DNA from: Nitrospirota bacterium
Lineage (GTDB): Bacteria; Nitrospirota; UBA9217
Assembly (NCBI GenBank): GCA_963737155.1
Contig: CAVTRN010000001.1
Span: forward strand, 608,001-672,000
Length of the DNA: 64,000 nucleotides
Direction of reading: 5' to 3'
This document shows, piece after piece, positions 31,348 through 41,504 of this stretch. Under the pieces are notes generated by a model that was given only the letters and a program-made list of their open reading frames with translations, had not been told where the DNA came from and did not search any database. Numbering within the stretch: the stretch's first letter is position 1; each line of letters opens with the position of its first letter. The position numbers and the translations under genes are program-made.

Positions 31348-31749
31348 CCTATGCGGTCCTGTTCGGTTATGTCTGTGTCTGTACGACAATGCAATTTAAA
31401 GTGATAATTATATCGAGTAAATGCTGTTTGTTGACCTCTTCGCGAATATTATAACCAGCACTTTCCAACCTAATGACATCAAACGGATTTATTTAGCTCT
31501 TATATCCCAATAAAATATCTGCTCAAAGGTATTTACATCCTTTTACAAAAAAGTTATAGTATTAGTTCAGAATTGTGTTTTTATGGGTAAATATTACCTT
31601 GAATATATTTTGTATTTAATGTTATTTAACGCTTAATAGAATTTCGTGTCCTAATATTTTTTTTCTTTTAATAGTCGCTATATTCGAGTGCATAGCGACA
31701 TCGGGTCAACATCCTGAAAACGAGGCTTGTCACTGTTCTTGAGCAATCC

Positions 31750-32769
31750 ATGAGAGAATTGTCATTCCATACAGACAACAATTTATGCATATGCTTGTGG
31801 GAGCAGGAAATCGCAAAATATTCAGGGCGGTCGTCTTTACAAACCATCGGGAATAAATATTACGATGTCCTTCCCAGAATAATCGTGGATGATAAAGACG
31901 CGATTGCTGAAGCAGTTAAAAAAAATAAAGCGATATCATGTAAGGGTTATTCATTCAATTGCTTATTGGGCTGTACTCGAGCTGATATTCAAATTACGCC
32001 AGTAAAACCCCGTGGCCGCAGACAAGTTGAAGTGGTAAAAGTTTTGATTCAGCCCTATTCGGTGTGCGCGGCGGAGAAGAAACTTCATCAATCCCAGAAA
32101 TTGATTGATATCGGCAAGATTGCATCCACCCTGGCGCATGGCGTGCGAAACCCACTGAATGCGATCAAGGGCGCCGTTGTTTACCTAAGGGAAAAATACC
32201 GTACCGAGGAGACGCTCGCTGAATTCACCAAGATCATGGAAGATGAGATTACGCGCCTAGAACAATTTATCACGAGTTTTTTGAGTTCGTCGGTTTCGGA
32301 AACAGAGCAGCGCGCAACAGACATCAATGCATTATTAAAAAGAATAGAAATCTTCACGTCTCTCCAGATTTATACGCGCAATATACAATCACGGTACGAG
32401 TTCGGTGACATCCCCCCCCTTACCATGAATTCTTTTCATCTTGAGCAGGCGATCCTCAACGTTATGAATAACGCGATCGAAGCAATGAAGAACGGCGGCA
32501 ATCTGATCATTAAAACAGACACTGCGATACGCTCCGGCAGTCTTTTTAGCGTCATAGCAATCTCCGACAGTGGCCCCGGGATGGCTGCTCAGGGTCCCGA
32601 TTATATTAATTTGAGCAACAATGATACTGGGAGGGGATTCGGGCTCGCCATCACCGATGAAATTCTGAAGCACTACGGTGGGTATATGGAGATAGACAGC
32701 AAGAAAAATGAAGGAACGACGATAACACTCTTTATTCCCTGCCAGCAAAACGCCAAGAAGTCGCTATGA
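31750..32769 (+). CDS. Cytoplasmic PAS-like sensor histidine kinase
   Basis: LAHGVRNPL H-box, NVMNNAIEAM N-box, DSGPGM, GRGFGL. Confidence 0.9.
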   Translation: MRELSFHTDNNLCICLWEQEIAKYSGRSSLQTIGNKYYDVLPRIIVDDKDAIAEAVKKNKAISCKGYSFNCLLGCTRADIQITPVKPRGRRQVEVVKVLIQPYSVCAAEKKLHQSQKLIDIGKIASTLAHGVRNPLNAIKGAVVYLREKYRTEETLAEFTKIMEDEITRLEQFITSFLSSSVSETEQRATDINALLKRIEIFTSLQIYTRNIQSRYEFGDIPPLTMNSFHLEQAILNVMNNAIEAMKNGGNLIIKTDTAIRSGSLFSVIAISDSGPGMAAQGPDYINLSNNDTGRGFGLAITDEILKHYGGYMEIDSKKNEGTTITLFIPCQQNAKKSL

Positions 32770-34106
32770 TAAACAATAAGACAATATTGATCGTAGACGA
32801 CGAACCCAATGCCATCAGAGTTCTCTCAGCAATTTTACAGGAAGAGGGCTATCGAATTCTCAAGTCGACGAATGTAGACACTGCCATTAGCATAATCCAC
32901 AGAGAGAGTGTCGATGCAATCATTACTGACCTGAAGATGCCTGTTAAAGACGGTTTTGAACTTTTTCGGTACGTATCCGATAAAAAGCCCGACATTCCTG
33001 TTGTATTTCTGACTGCCTATGGCTCAGTGGATTCAGCGGTAAACGCAATGAGAAACGGAGCATTCTATTATTTTATTAAACCGCCTGATTACGCCCAATT
33101 AAAAAATGTTCTGGCTCGTGCGTTAGAGCAGCATGAAGTAAAAAAGGAATTTGAAAATCTGAAAAAACGCACAGTAGCCGAAAATAATGTATACCCTCTT
33201 ATCGCAAAATCCTCCTCCATGGCGGGAGTTCTTAAGACCGTTGCCTCAGCCAAAGACTCGGATAGCAGTGTTCTTATTCAAGGCGAGACAGGTACCGGAA
33301 AAGAAATAGTGGCCTGCAATCTTCACTATGGCGGTAAACGCTATAACAAACCCTTTGTCGCTGTTAATTGCGCGGCCATACCGAAAGAACTTATGGAATC
33401 AGAGCTTTTCGGTTACGAAAAAGGTGCATTTACCGGTGCCACGTCGATTAAGGCGGGTAAATTTGAGGTAGCCTCGAATGGGACGATATTTCTCGACGAA
33501 ATCGGCGAGATCGATCTGTCCGTTCAGGCTAAACTGTTACGGGTATTGCAAGAACGCGAAGTAGAGCACTTGGGAACAAACAAAAAAATCAAAGTAAACT
33601 TCCGACTGCTTTCCTCGACAAACCGAGATCTTAAAAAAGAGGTCGAGTCAGGCCGGTTCAGAGAAGATCTATATTACAGGATCAACGTAATACAGATAGA
33701 TGTGCCGCCTCTTAGGGACAGGAAGCATGATATTCCTGTACTGGCGTCGGAATTTCTGGACTTTTTTGCAGTACGTGAAAATAGACCCTTGCTTCTGTCT
33801 GATGAAGTTATGGAAGTTTTTTTGAATTATAACTGGCCGGGGAATGTTCGGCAGCTGAAAAATGTTATTGAACGCGCAGTTGTTCTTGCAGAAGGTCATA
33901 AAATCACGATCAAGGATCTTCCCCAGGATTTTCCGATCAGCAGCAAGGATACGGTCAATGAACTCCCGATAAAATCGCTCAAAGATTTGGAGCAACTTGC
34001 TATTAATGAGGCATTACTTCGTTGCAATGGAAATAAATCTCAAGCGGCAAAACAGCTTGGAATCTCGCGTAAAACATTTTATAAGCGACTGAGGGGTATG
34101 GAGTGA
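32766..34106 (+). CDS. Sigma54-dependent response regulator (NtrC family)
   Basis: Receiver domain, GETGTGKE, GAFTGA, WPGNVRQL, Fis-type HTH. Confidence 0.96.
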   Translation: MINNKTILIVDDEPNAIRVLSAILQEEGYRILKSTNVDTAISIIHRESVDAIITDLKMPVKDGFELFRYVSDKKPDIPVVFLTAYGSVDSAVNAMRNGAFYYFIKPPDYAQLKNVLARALEQHEVKKEFENLKKRTVAENNVYPLIAKSSSMAGVLKTVASAKDSDSSVLIQGETGTGKEIVACNLHYGGKRYNKPFVAVNCAAIPKELMESELFGYEKGAFTGATSIKAGKFEVASNGTIFLDEIGEIDLSVQAKLLRVLQEREVEHLGTNKKIKVNFRLLSSTNRDLKKEVESGRFREDLYYRINVIQIDVPPLRDRKHDIPVLASEFLDFFAVRENRPLLLSDEVMEVFLNYNWPGNVRQLKNVIERAVVLAEGHKITIKDLPQDFPISSKDTVNELPIKSLKDLEQLAINEALLRCNGNKSQAAKQLGISRKTFYKRLRGME

Positions 34107-34319
34107 TCGGCAACTGAAATGGATTCTCCTGATGTTGTTTAAGATATCGCCCTCGCGATAAGAATGCTTTTTTTATTATTATAAACACTTACTGCAGCCC
34201 GGGAAATCCGGCAACCGATCTAAACAGTACAACAACAGGCAAGTTTATAATTTGTCATTTTCTGTGTATTGTCTTCCATGAAAGCATATTTCGGTTAGAA
34301 GGCACTGGAGCAGTTAGAA

Positions 34320-36152
34320 ATGGCTAACAATGATCTTTATAAAGAAAAATTTTTTGTCCTCCAGGAACTATCCCATGCCGTTGTCCTGACCGACAATATC
34401 AGCGCGATCGCGAATACTCTTCTCGATGCAGCAATCACTTACTCCGATGCCGAAAGAGGCTCGCTGATGATGCTGGCCAATCGAGAGGAGTTCACGATTT
34501 TAGCAGCGCGGGGTGTTGACGCACAGGTCATGGAAGGAAGTCGGGTGAAGTTCGGGGACGAGATCGCCGGCATAATTGCCAAAAAAGGTCTGCCGGTGTT
34601 AGTAGAGGACATCGATCGCGATGGCCGATTCAAAAGTCATCGACAAGAACGCTACAAGACAAAATCCTTCATATCCTGCCCCATTATCAGCAAAAACAAA
34701 TTGCTCGGTCTGCTTAACATAAACGACAAGAAGGATAAAACGCCCTTCACGATGGACGATTTCGAATTGTTAAAAACACTAGCGAACCATTCCGCAATTT
34801 TTCTTGAAAATGCCTTACTTATGACGGAGCTGAAAGCAAAGGCGGTGGAGCTGGAAGACATTAACAAGAAACTGGTGGAAACTGATATTCTGAAAAACGA
34901 ATTTCTCACCCGCGTTTCTCATGAGCTGCGCACGCCCTTGAACTCAATCAAGGGAGCAATTTATTTTTTGGAGCAGACTGAAAATATCCGGGAGAAGGAA
35001 CAAAAGGAATTTCAGGGAATTATTTCATCAGAAATCGACAAGCTGGTTTCCATTGTTGAGAACCTTCTGGGCTTTCTCAGGCTTGAAGATGAAACGATGA
35101 TCATCAAGAAATCTGTTCTGAATCTTCGCGATATATTCAGAGAGCTTCAAAACTCAAAGTCGCTCTCAGCCGTCCTGACGCGCAAAGGGATCCGCTTGGC
35201 GTTTGAGTCCGAGGATGCACGCCTGGACATTGTAGGCGACAAGATAAAGGTCGGCCAGCTTTTTGCTAATCTGATCGATGGTTTCTGTTATTATCTCGAG
35301 CGTGGCGACAGTATTGAAATTGCCGCAGGTGAGACCAGTAATGTAAATGTCAACATCGTTCTGGCCAGACCGCTTCCGGATTTTGCAATGGCCATCCTCA
35401 ATGACGCTCGTTTTGTTTTCGAGATGGACCGCTCAGAAGACCGGCTGAAGCTTTACCTAGCCAAAAACATCGTTGAAACGCATAGATGGAAACTCTCCGC
35501 TCAGAACAGTGACAGCGTTTGCAGGATAATGCTGTCAATTCCGAAAAGCAACAAACAGACCATCGATACCTACGTCGCGCAGAGCATGGACTCGTTTGTC
35601 GAGTTCATATCCGAACTGCTCGATTTAGATATCTGTTCTGTAATGCTCGCTGACGAACTCTCTAGTGAGCTTACTGTGAAGAGCGCAATCGGTCTAGATG
35701 ACGACATTGTCAGGAGAACACGGATAAAATTGGGTGATAAGATTGCGGGATGGGTGGCACTCGAAGGGAAACCATTGTTCATCGAGGACATTGAAAGGGA
35801 TGAGCGATTCTCGAAAGTTAGCATATCGCAGTATACGACCAAATCACTGCTGTCACTGCCGCTCAAGATCGGGGATAGGGTGGTAGGCGTACTCAATCTT
35901 AATAACAAAAAAACGTCGGAACCCTTTAGCCAGCACGACTACAACACTGCGAGTTTTTTGAGTGAAATAATTTCACAGTTTATAAATATCCTTTATTCAG
36001 AAAATTACAGCGATGAAAAGCTTCGCCCTTTGTTCGTTTCTTTAAACGAAATGTTGGCTAACGAAATGACCAGCCGATCCAAAACGAATCTTCTGCCTGC
36101 ATTGACTGGCAAAATCTTCAAAAATTCCCCCTCCTTAAAAAATAGTAAATAG
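34320..36152 (+). CDS. GAF-HisKA-degenerate HATPase-GAF signalling protein
   Basis: Two related GAF domains; VSHELRTPL H-box; no DxGxG or GxGLG boxes. Confidence 0.85.
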   Translation: MANNDLYKEKFFVLQELSHAVVLTDNISAIANTLLDAAITYSDAERGSLMMLANREEFTILAARGVDAQVMEGSRVKFGDEIAGIIAKKGLPVLVEDIDRDGRFKSHRQERYKTKSFISCPIISKNKLLGLLNINDKKDKTPFTMDDFELLKTLANHSAIFLENALLMTELKAKAVELEDINKKLVETDILKNEFLTRVSHELRTPLNSIKGAIYFLEQTENIREKEQKEFQGIISSEIDKLVSIVENLLGFLRLEDETMIIKKSVLNLRDIFRELQNSKSLSAVLTRKGIRLAFESEDARLDIVGDKIKVGQLFANLIDGFCYYLERGDSIEIAAGETSNVNVNIVLARPLPDFAMAILNDARFVFEMDRSEDRLKLYLAKNIVETHRWKLSAQNSDSVCRIMLSIPKSNKQTIDTYVAQSMDSFVEFISELLDLDICSVMLADELSSELTVKSAIGLDDDIVRRTRIKLGDKIAGWVALEGKPLFIEDIERDERFSKVSISQYTTKSLLSLPLKIGDRVVGVLNLNNKKTSEPFSQHDYNTASFLSEIISQFINILYSENYSDEKLRPLFVSLNEMLANEMTSRSKTNLLPALTGKIFKNSPSLKNSK

Positions 36153-36251
36153 AAAGCTGGCTTTAAATAAAACTAAAAAGACAAGATAGTATAGGATCAT
36201 AACGTTTTGAATGCGAATATTTTAGGCAGATTCCCGGAGGTTTTTTTGTTG

Positions 36252-36971
36252 CTAAAAGAGGATCGATTCAAACTCTGACTTAAGAAGAATGTATTTATTC
36301 TTGAGAACCTTTATTTCGCCGCTTTTCTGCCATTTATCTAATATCCTTGTAACTGTTTCGCGCGAGAGTCCAGTCATATCGGCGATATTCTGATGAATAA
36401 GCTTTAACTTTAAAACCGTGCCTTCACTTATTTTTTCCCCATAAGATTCTGAAAGCATAAGGAACAACATCTTTATCCGTTGAGAAGCATTGTTAAAATT
36501 TAATATTTGAATTTTTTTCATGCTATCTCGCAACCGCGAGCAAAGGATTTTAAGAAGACTTTCAAGGACTTTATTATGGTTGAATAACAAAGAAAAAAAG
36601 TCTGCTTTTGATATTATAGCGGTTACACAATGCTTTGCAGCGTATACGGCGGCAGGTATGGTTTTACCATCAATCAAAGAAAGCTCACCAAAGAAATCAC
36701 CCGCCTGGTGCACCGTCACAATAATTTCTTTGCCATCGTCCGTTGTTTGTACCACCCTTACCTCTCCCTCAAGAATCATGTACATGAATTGATTCGTTTG
36801 CTCTTCGCGCAGGATTATTTGGTTTTTGGAGAAACTCTTGATGATGATGTTATTTTGCATTTCCTGCACTTCGCGCAACGTCATCGAAGAAAAAAGGCCA
36901 ATTTTCTTCAATGTATTTGCTCTGTCATCTACCTTTATAATTTTTCTATCTATGCTTTTAGAATTTGTCAT
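36252..36971 (-). CDS. Crp/Fnr family transcriptional regulator
   Basis: GDFFGELSL cNMP-domain motif; IADMTGLSRETVTR HTH. Confidence 0.93.
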   Translation of the reverse strand: MTNSKSIDRKIIKVDDRANTLKKIGLFSSMTLREVQEMQNNIIIKSFSKNQIILREEQTNQFMYMILEGEVRVVQTTDDGKEIIVTVHQAGDFFGELSLIDGKTIPAAVYAAKHCVTAIISKADFFSLLFNHNKVLESLLKILCSRLRDSMKKIQILNFNNASQRIKMLFLMLSESYGEKISEGTVLKLKLIHQNIADMTGLSRETVTRILDKWQKSGEIKVLKNKYILLKSEFESILF

Positions 36972-37205
36972 TTTGCGTATATTACGTTAAAGGATCACGC
37001 TTGTCAAAAATAGGTTTTATCTCGGCCAGCATTTTTACAGCATAGGGAGTAGCTTTTCAATCATGAGCATGTAGAAAACTGATGAAAATAGCCATTTTCG
37101 GCATTCCGTGTTGCAACGGTCTGCGAAATCGCAGACATCTGCTATTACAGGTGTTCTGGACTTCAACTAGCGCTTATCGTGAACGAATGATCCATCTTGT
37201 ATATT

Positions 37206-38513
37206 TTAAGCTTTTACTATTTTACCATTACCTTCGAGACCCTTCATCGCATCCCTCGTATCCACGACTAGCAAGGAATGTTTAAGGATGAGTTTGTAAT
37301 CATAACAGGAGTGATCTGTAGCAATCACTACACAGTCGTAGTTTTTGAGCGTTTTTTTCGTCAATGGTACTGAGCTTTTTCTAAGATCGTATTTTCGCAT
37401 CTTTTTCGCCTTTGGAATGTAGGGATCATTGTAATCAACGCTGGCACCCTTCTCTGTTAAAAGCTCAATAATCCTCAATGACGGCGATTCTCTAGTATCG
37501 TCTATGTCTTTTTTGTACGCAAGGCCTAAAACCAGAATTTTTGACGATTGGAGGGTCTTCTTTTTCGCATTAAGTGCGCCAGTGATCTTTTCTACGACGT
37601 AATTGGGCATAGAGGTATTAATTTCCCCAGCTAGTTCGATAAATTTGGTGTGGAAATCATACTCCCTAGCCTTCCATGTGAGATAGAAGGGATCAATGGG
37701 AATACAGTGCCCACCCAAGCCAGGACCGGGATAAAATGCCTGAAATCCAAAAGGTTTTGTCTTGGCCGCATCAATCACTTCGAAGATATCAATGCCCATC
37801 TTATCAAATAAGACCTTCATCTCGTTTACCATCGCGATGTTGACAGCACGATAAATATTCTCGAGAAGTTTTGCTGCCTCCGCAACCCTGGTAGATGAAA
37901 CCGGTACCGTCTGTTTAACAATTGCGCTATAGAGTGCATCAGCGACCTTGAGACAATCTTTAGTATACCCACCCACAATCTTTGGTATCATGCTTGTTGA
38001 ATATTGTTTGTTATTTGGATCCTCCCGCTCCGGTGAGAAAGCAAGATAAAAATCTTTACCTGCTCTCAGGCCAGTTGCTTCGAGAATTTCCCGCATATCC
38101 GAGTCTGTTGTGCCCGGGTAAGTAGTTGATTCGAGCACAACAAGCTGTCCTTTGTGAAGGTGTTTGGCAACCGTTTTTGTTGTATCCAGCACAAAGGAGA
38201 GATCGGGCTCACGATGCTTCCCCAAAGGTGTCGGAACACACATGATAATGCAGTCCACATCCCTTAGCATTGAAAAATTTGTGGTAGCCGTAAAACCTTT
38301 ATTGTTCTTAAGTATTTTTACCTCTTTGTCAGGGATATGTTTAATATAGGTCTTTCCCTTGCGCAAGTAACTGATTTTGTCTTCGTCTATGTCGAAACCA
38401 ATAGTTTCAAATCCGGAGATTATAAACTGGAAAACCAATGGTAGCCCGACATAACCGAGGCCAATAATACCTATTATGGCTTTTCTTTTTTTTATTTTAT
38501 CTTGAAGTACCAT
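37206..38513 (-). CDS. Nucleotide-sugar 6-dehydrogenase (WbpA/WecC-like)
   Basis: GLGYVGLP, CVPTP, SPEREDP, GPGLGGHCIPIDP. Confidence 0.92.
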   Translation of the reverse strand: MVLQDKIKKRKAIIGIIGLGYVGLPLVFQFIISGFETIGFDIDEDKISYLRKGKTYIKHIPDKEVKILKNNKGFTATTNFSMLRDVDCIIMCVPTPLGKHREPDLSFVLDTTKTVAKHLHKGQLVVLESTTYPGTTDSDMREILEATGLRAGKDFYLAFSPEREDPNNKQYSTSMIPKIVGGYTKDCLKVADALYSAIVKQTVPVSSTRVAEAAKLLENIYRAVNIAMVNEMKVLFDKMGIDIFEVIDAAKTKPFGFQAFYPGPGLGGHCIPIDPFYLTWKAREYDFHTKFIELAGEINTSMPNYVVEKITGALNAKKKTLQSSKILVLGLAYKKDIDDTRESPSLRIIELLTEKGASVDYNDPYIPKAKKMRKYDLRKSSVPLTKKTLKNYDCVVIATDHSCYDYKLILKHSLLVVDTRDAMKGLEGNGKIVKA

Positions 38514-39258
38514 TGTAATTATATGATCTTTGTTCTTAAATAACTTCAGGTTATGTACAGGAATCTCAATATGTTGATAAAGGCTTTTTTCGTAATGAAA
38601 GAAATAACTGCCCGATTATACAAAGCTTTCAACCTTAATTACTGGGGATATACCTTTTCCCTCAATGCTATATTTTGGTGCTTCCCACACTCATTCCGCT
38701 AGAACCTTTTTTATACTTATCTGGTAATTGCAGAAGGTATTAACTCACAATTAGTAGTTGATGATGCTGTCGATAAGCAACATTGTATTTGGTTCTTTAT
38801 TCTGCCACAAGTTGCCTGTACTAGTCAACAGGTTGCGATATTTTTCGTTATTTTGCGTTTTCGTGCAAATGTATATCCAACAAGTATATTATGAAACACT
38901 TCCAGTATTCAGTACAATTGCGGTTGGCTTCATAACCTAGGCTGAAAAAGGGCATAAAAAGCGCAAAAATTGACAATTTGAACATTCAAGATTTGCGATA
39001 TATGACCATAAAATTAAAATGCTGTTCAAAACGAGCAAGTTGAAAATTTACTTTGGACAGGTGTGAATTGTCATATTTTTATACTGAGATTTCGAGTAAT
39101 AGTACGTCTAATCGCTTGCATTTGCATGTTTGTTAATTTGTTAATCATTTTTTTAATATGATATAATTTTAATCATATAAATTGGGTTTTCCTTTAGGCA
39201 CAATCAACAGAATTTTACGTTCAGCCTACAGTTGTTATAATAACAAAGAGATTACAAC

Positions 39259-39621
39259 ATGATGAACGAAAATAAATATTCCCTGTTCCTAACTATACTG
39301 ATCGTTATGATCTCAGGTTGCGGAGGCCAAGCCTCATCTATAACATCTTATACGGGAAATGCGATTTTGTCATGGAGCACTCCCACTGAGTATAGTGATG
39401 GGTCAGCCATGTTAGCAAGCAATATCACTGGGTATGAAATATATACTGGGAGTTCTTCGAGACATTACGATTGCAATCATCTTGTTTCTGCTTCGACCGC
39501 GAGTTTTCGAATAAGCGATCTAAACGTCCCGAAGGGATCTTTCTATGCTGCCATTACTACACTGGACAAATCAGGCTGTGAGAGTACTTTTTCCAGTGAA
39601 GTGTCCGCAACATTAAATTGA
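39259..39621 (+). CDS. Small lipoprotein with an FN3-like domain
   Basis: Lipobox ISGC; LSWSTPT..SDGS.....GYEIY.G...Y.A.T......ES..S.EV. Confidence 0.75.
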   Translation: MMNENKYSLFLTILIVMISGCGGQASSITSYTGNAILSWSTPTEYSDGSAMLASNITGYEIYTGSSSRHYDCNHLVSASTASFRISDLNVPKGSFYAAITTLDKSGCESTFSSEVSATLN

Positions 39622-40175
39622 CAAAGTCTCGATTTTTCCACCAGCTCACTATGGTCTTTTTATGATACCATGTTCATTGATTAGCCCGAGAACAACGCCA
39701 TTTATGTTTTTTGCTTGGACCGCATTATTATTATCCTTCTCGCGCTCCGCAATGCAAAATTACTCTAATACTATTTTTTATCTATTTCAAATTAATGCAA
39801 GAGATTATTTAACCTAAATACGGTCCTTTAATCCTCGCTTCCGATACTTGGATATCCATTCTGTGATGATATGCACCATGGGCACTATGTCGAATTTCCA
39901 TATTGCCATCTTATCATAATAACATTACCAGCTTGCGGCTGGTGCTCTTTCATCCACGATCTTACGCTCGAAGGTCTTCAGTGCCGTTTTTGATAAGCGT
40001 AGCAGACGCTATGGGGTCTAAATCCATAACCTCACAGATAACTGCGTCTGCGGAATCCAAAGAAGGTTAGCGCAATTGCAACAGTGAACAACAAAAAAAC
40101 CAATTGCCTTTCAGATGCAATTGCTCGCGGATGGGAACTCTATCCTTCAGAGTCACGGTATAGTTGCTGCGCTGG

Positions 40176-41090
40176 TCAATCGTACTGCAACCCCTCTTTA
40201 CCTTCTTGTTCGCGGACGATCTGGAGAAGATACTTTCCATAGCCATTTTTTCGCAATGGCTCCGCAAGACTGCAAACGCGCTCTGCATCGATATATCCCA
40301 TTCGATAGGCGACCTCTTCGATACATGCAACTTTGAGCCCCTGACGTTTTTCAATAGTCTCGATAAATGTACCCGCTTCAAGGAGCGACTCATGGGTGCC
40401 TGTATCCAGCCAGGCAAAGCCCCTCCCGAAAAGTTTCACTCTGAGCTCTCTCCGTGCTAGATAGGCATTTATAATGTCCGCGATCTCTAACTCCCCACGG
40501 GCAGACGGCTTAAGCTCTGATGCGATGAAAACGACGTCATTATCAAAAAAATAGAGTCCCGGCACGGCGTAGTTCGACTTGGGGCGGGCCGGTTTTTCTT
40601 CGATACCTAAAGCTCTCCCGGACTCGTCAAATTCCACAACCCCATATCGTTCCGGATCTTTTACCTGGCAGCCAAAGATAAGGCCTCCCTTTTCAATCTG
40701 AACTGCTTTTTTAAGGATGTCCGCCAAACCATGTCCATAAAAAATATTATCGCCGAGGATCAGGCAAACATGGTCCGATCCGATGAAATCCCTTCCGATA
40801 ACAAAAGCCTGTGCAAGACCTTCTGGGCGTGGCTGCTCAGCATAAAAAAACCGAAGGCCCAAAGAGGAACCGTTGCCGAAGAGGCGATTGAACTTCGGGA
40901 GATCCTCGGGCGTGGAGATGATGAGTATTTCGCGGATGCCCGCCAGCATGAGTACTGAGAGCGGGTAATAGATCATCGGCTTATCATATACACTCAAGAG
41001 TTGCTTGTTTACAGCCAAAGTAATGGGATACAGCCTTGTTCCTGCACCTCCCGCAAGGATTATCCCTTTCCATTTATGCCCGCTCTCCAT
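40176..41090 (-). CDS. rfbA: Glucose-1-phosphate thymidylyltransferase
   Basis: [16 protein letters not shown]....[37 protein letters not shown]. Confidence 0.96.
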   Translation of the reverse strand: MESGHKWKGIILAGGAGTRLYPITLAVNKQLLSVYDKPMIYYPLSVLMLAGIREILIISTPEDLPKFNRLFGNGSSLGLRFFYAEQPRPEGLAQAFVIGRDFIGSDHVCLILGDNIFYGHGLADILKKAVQIEKGGLIFGCQVKDPERYGVVEFDESGRALGIEEKPARPKSNYAVPGLYFFDNDVVFIASELKPSARGELEIADIINAYLARRELRVKLFGRGFAWLDTGTHESLLEAGTFIETIEKRQGLKVACIEEVAYRMGYIDAERVCSLAEPLRKNGYGKYLLQIVREQEGKEGLQYD

Positions 41091-41504
41091 GAATGTCCTC
41101 CAGTCCTTTTTTATTGCCAAGCGCGTCTTTCTTACTATATACTATTAGTATTACATAGTGGAAGGAAAGGATTTTCTCTTCTGATGGCTAACAGATAGAG
41201 CCCTGTTCCTGTTCATCCTTAGTTTGTTGACCATCGTGGTCAACCTCATGAGGGGTAATATCACCAAGCGTCGTACGTTGAGCTAACCGACTACCCCTTA
41301 TATAGATACTATTGACGCAGTTATCATATCCTGATAAATTAGGATTCTGATAATTTAGATCTGATAATATTGAAAAAACTATTATTAGAATTCACAATGT
41401 CGTTTGTGCTCTGAATCACAGAAAGTATGTCTTGATAATGATAGACTTAGTACAATTGAAATTACATTTTAATTGTTTTTAGAATTTAGCATCGGGAGGT
41501 AGAT

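Noticed and set aside
38950-38966. GGGCAT-N5-GCGCA, possible sigma54 promoter upstream of the FN3 lipoprotein
   Set aside because: GG-N10-GC spacing holds but both boxes deviate from consensus and it is about 290 bp from the start
39800-40170. Possible rfbC or ugd remnant downstream of rfbA
   Set aside because: Only a few matching residues (LLWIP, ITEW); not enough to support a call
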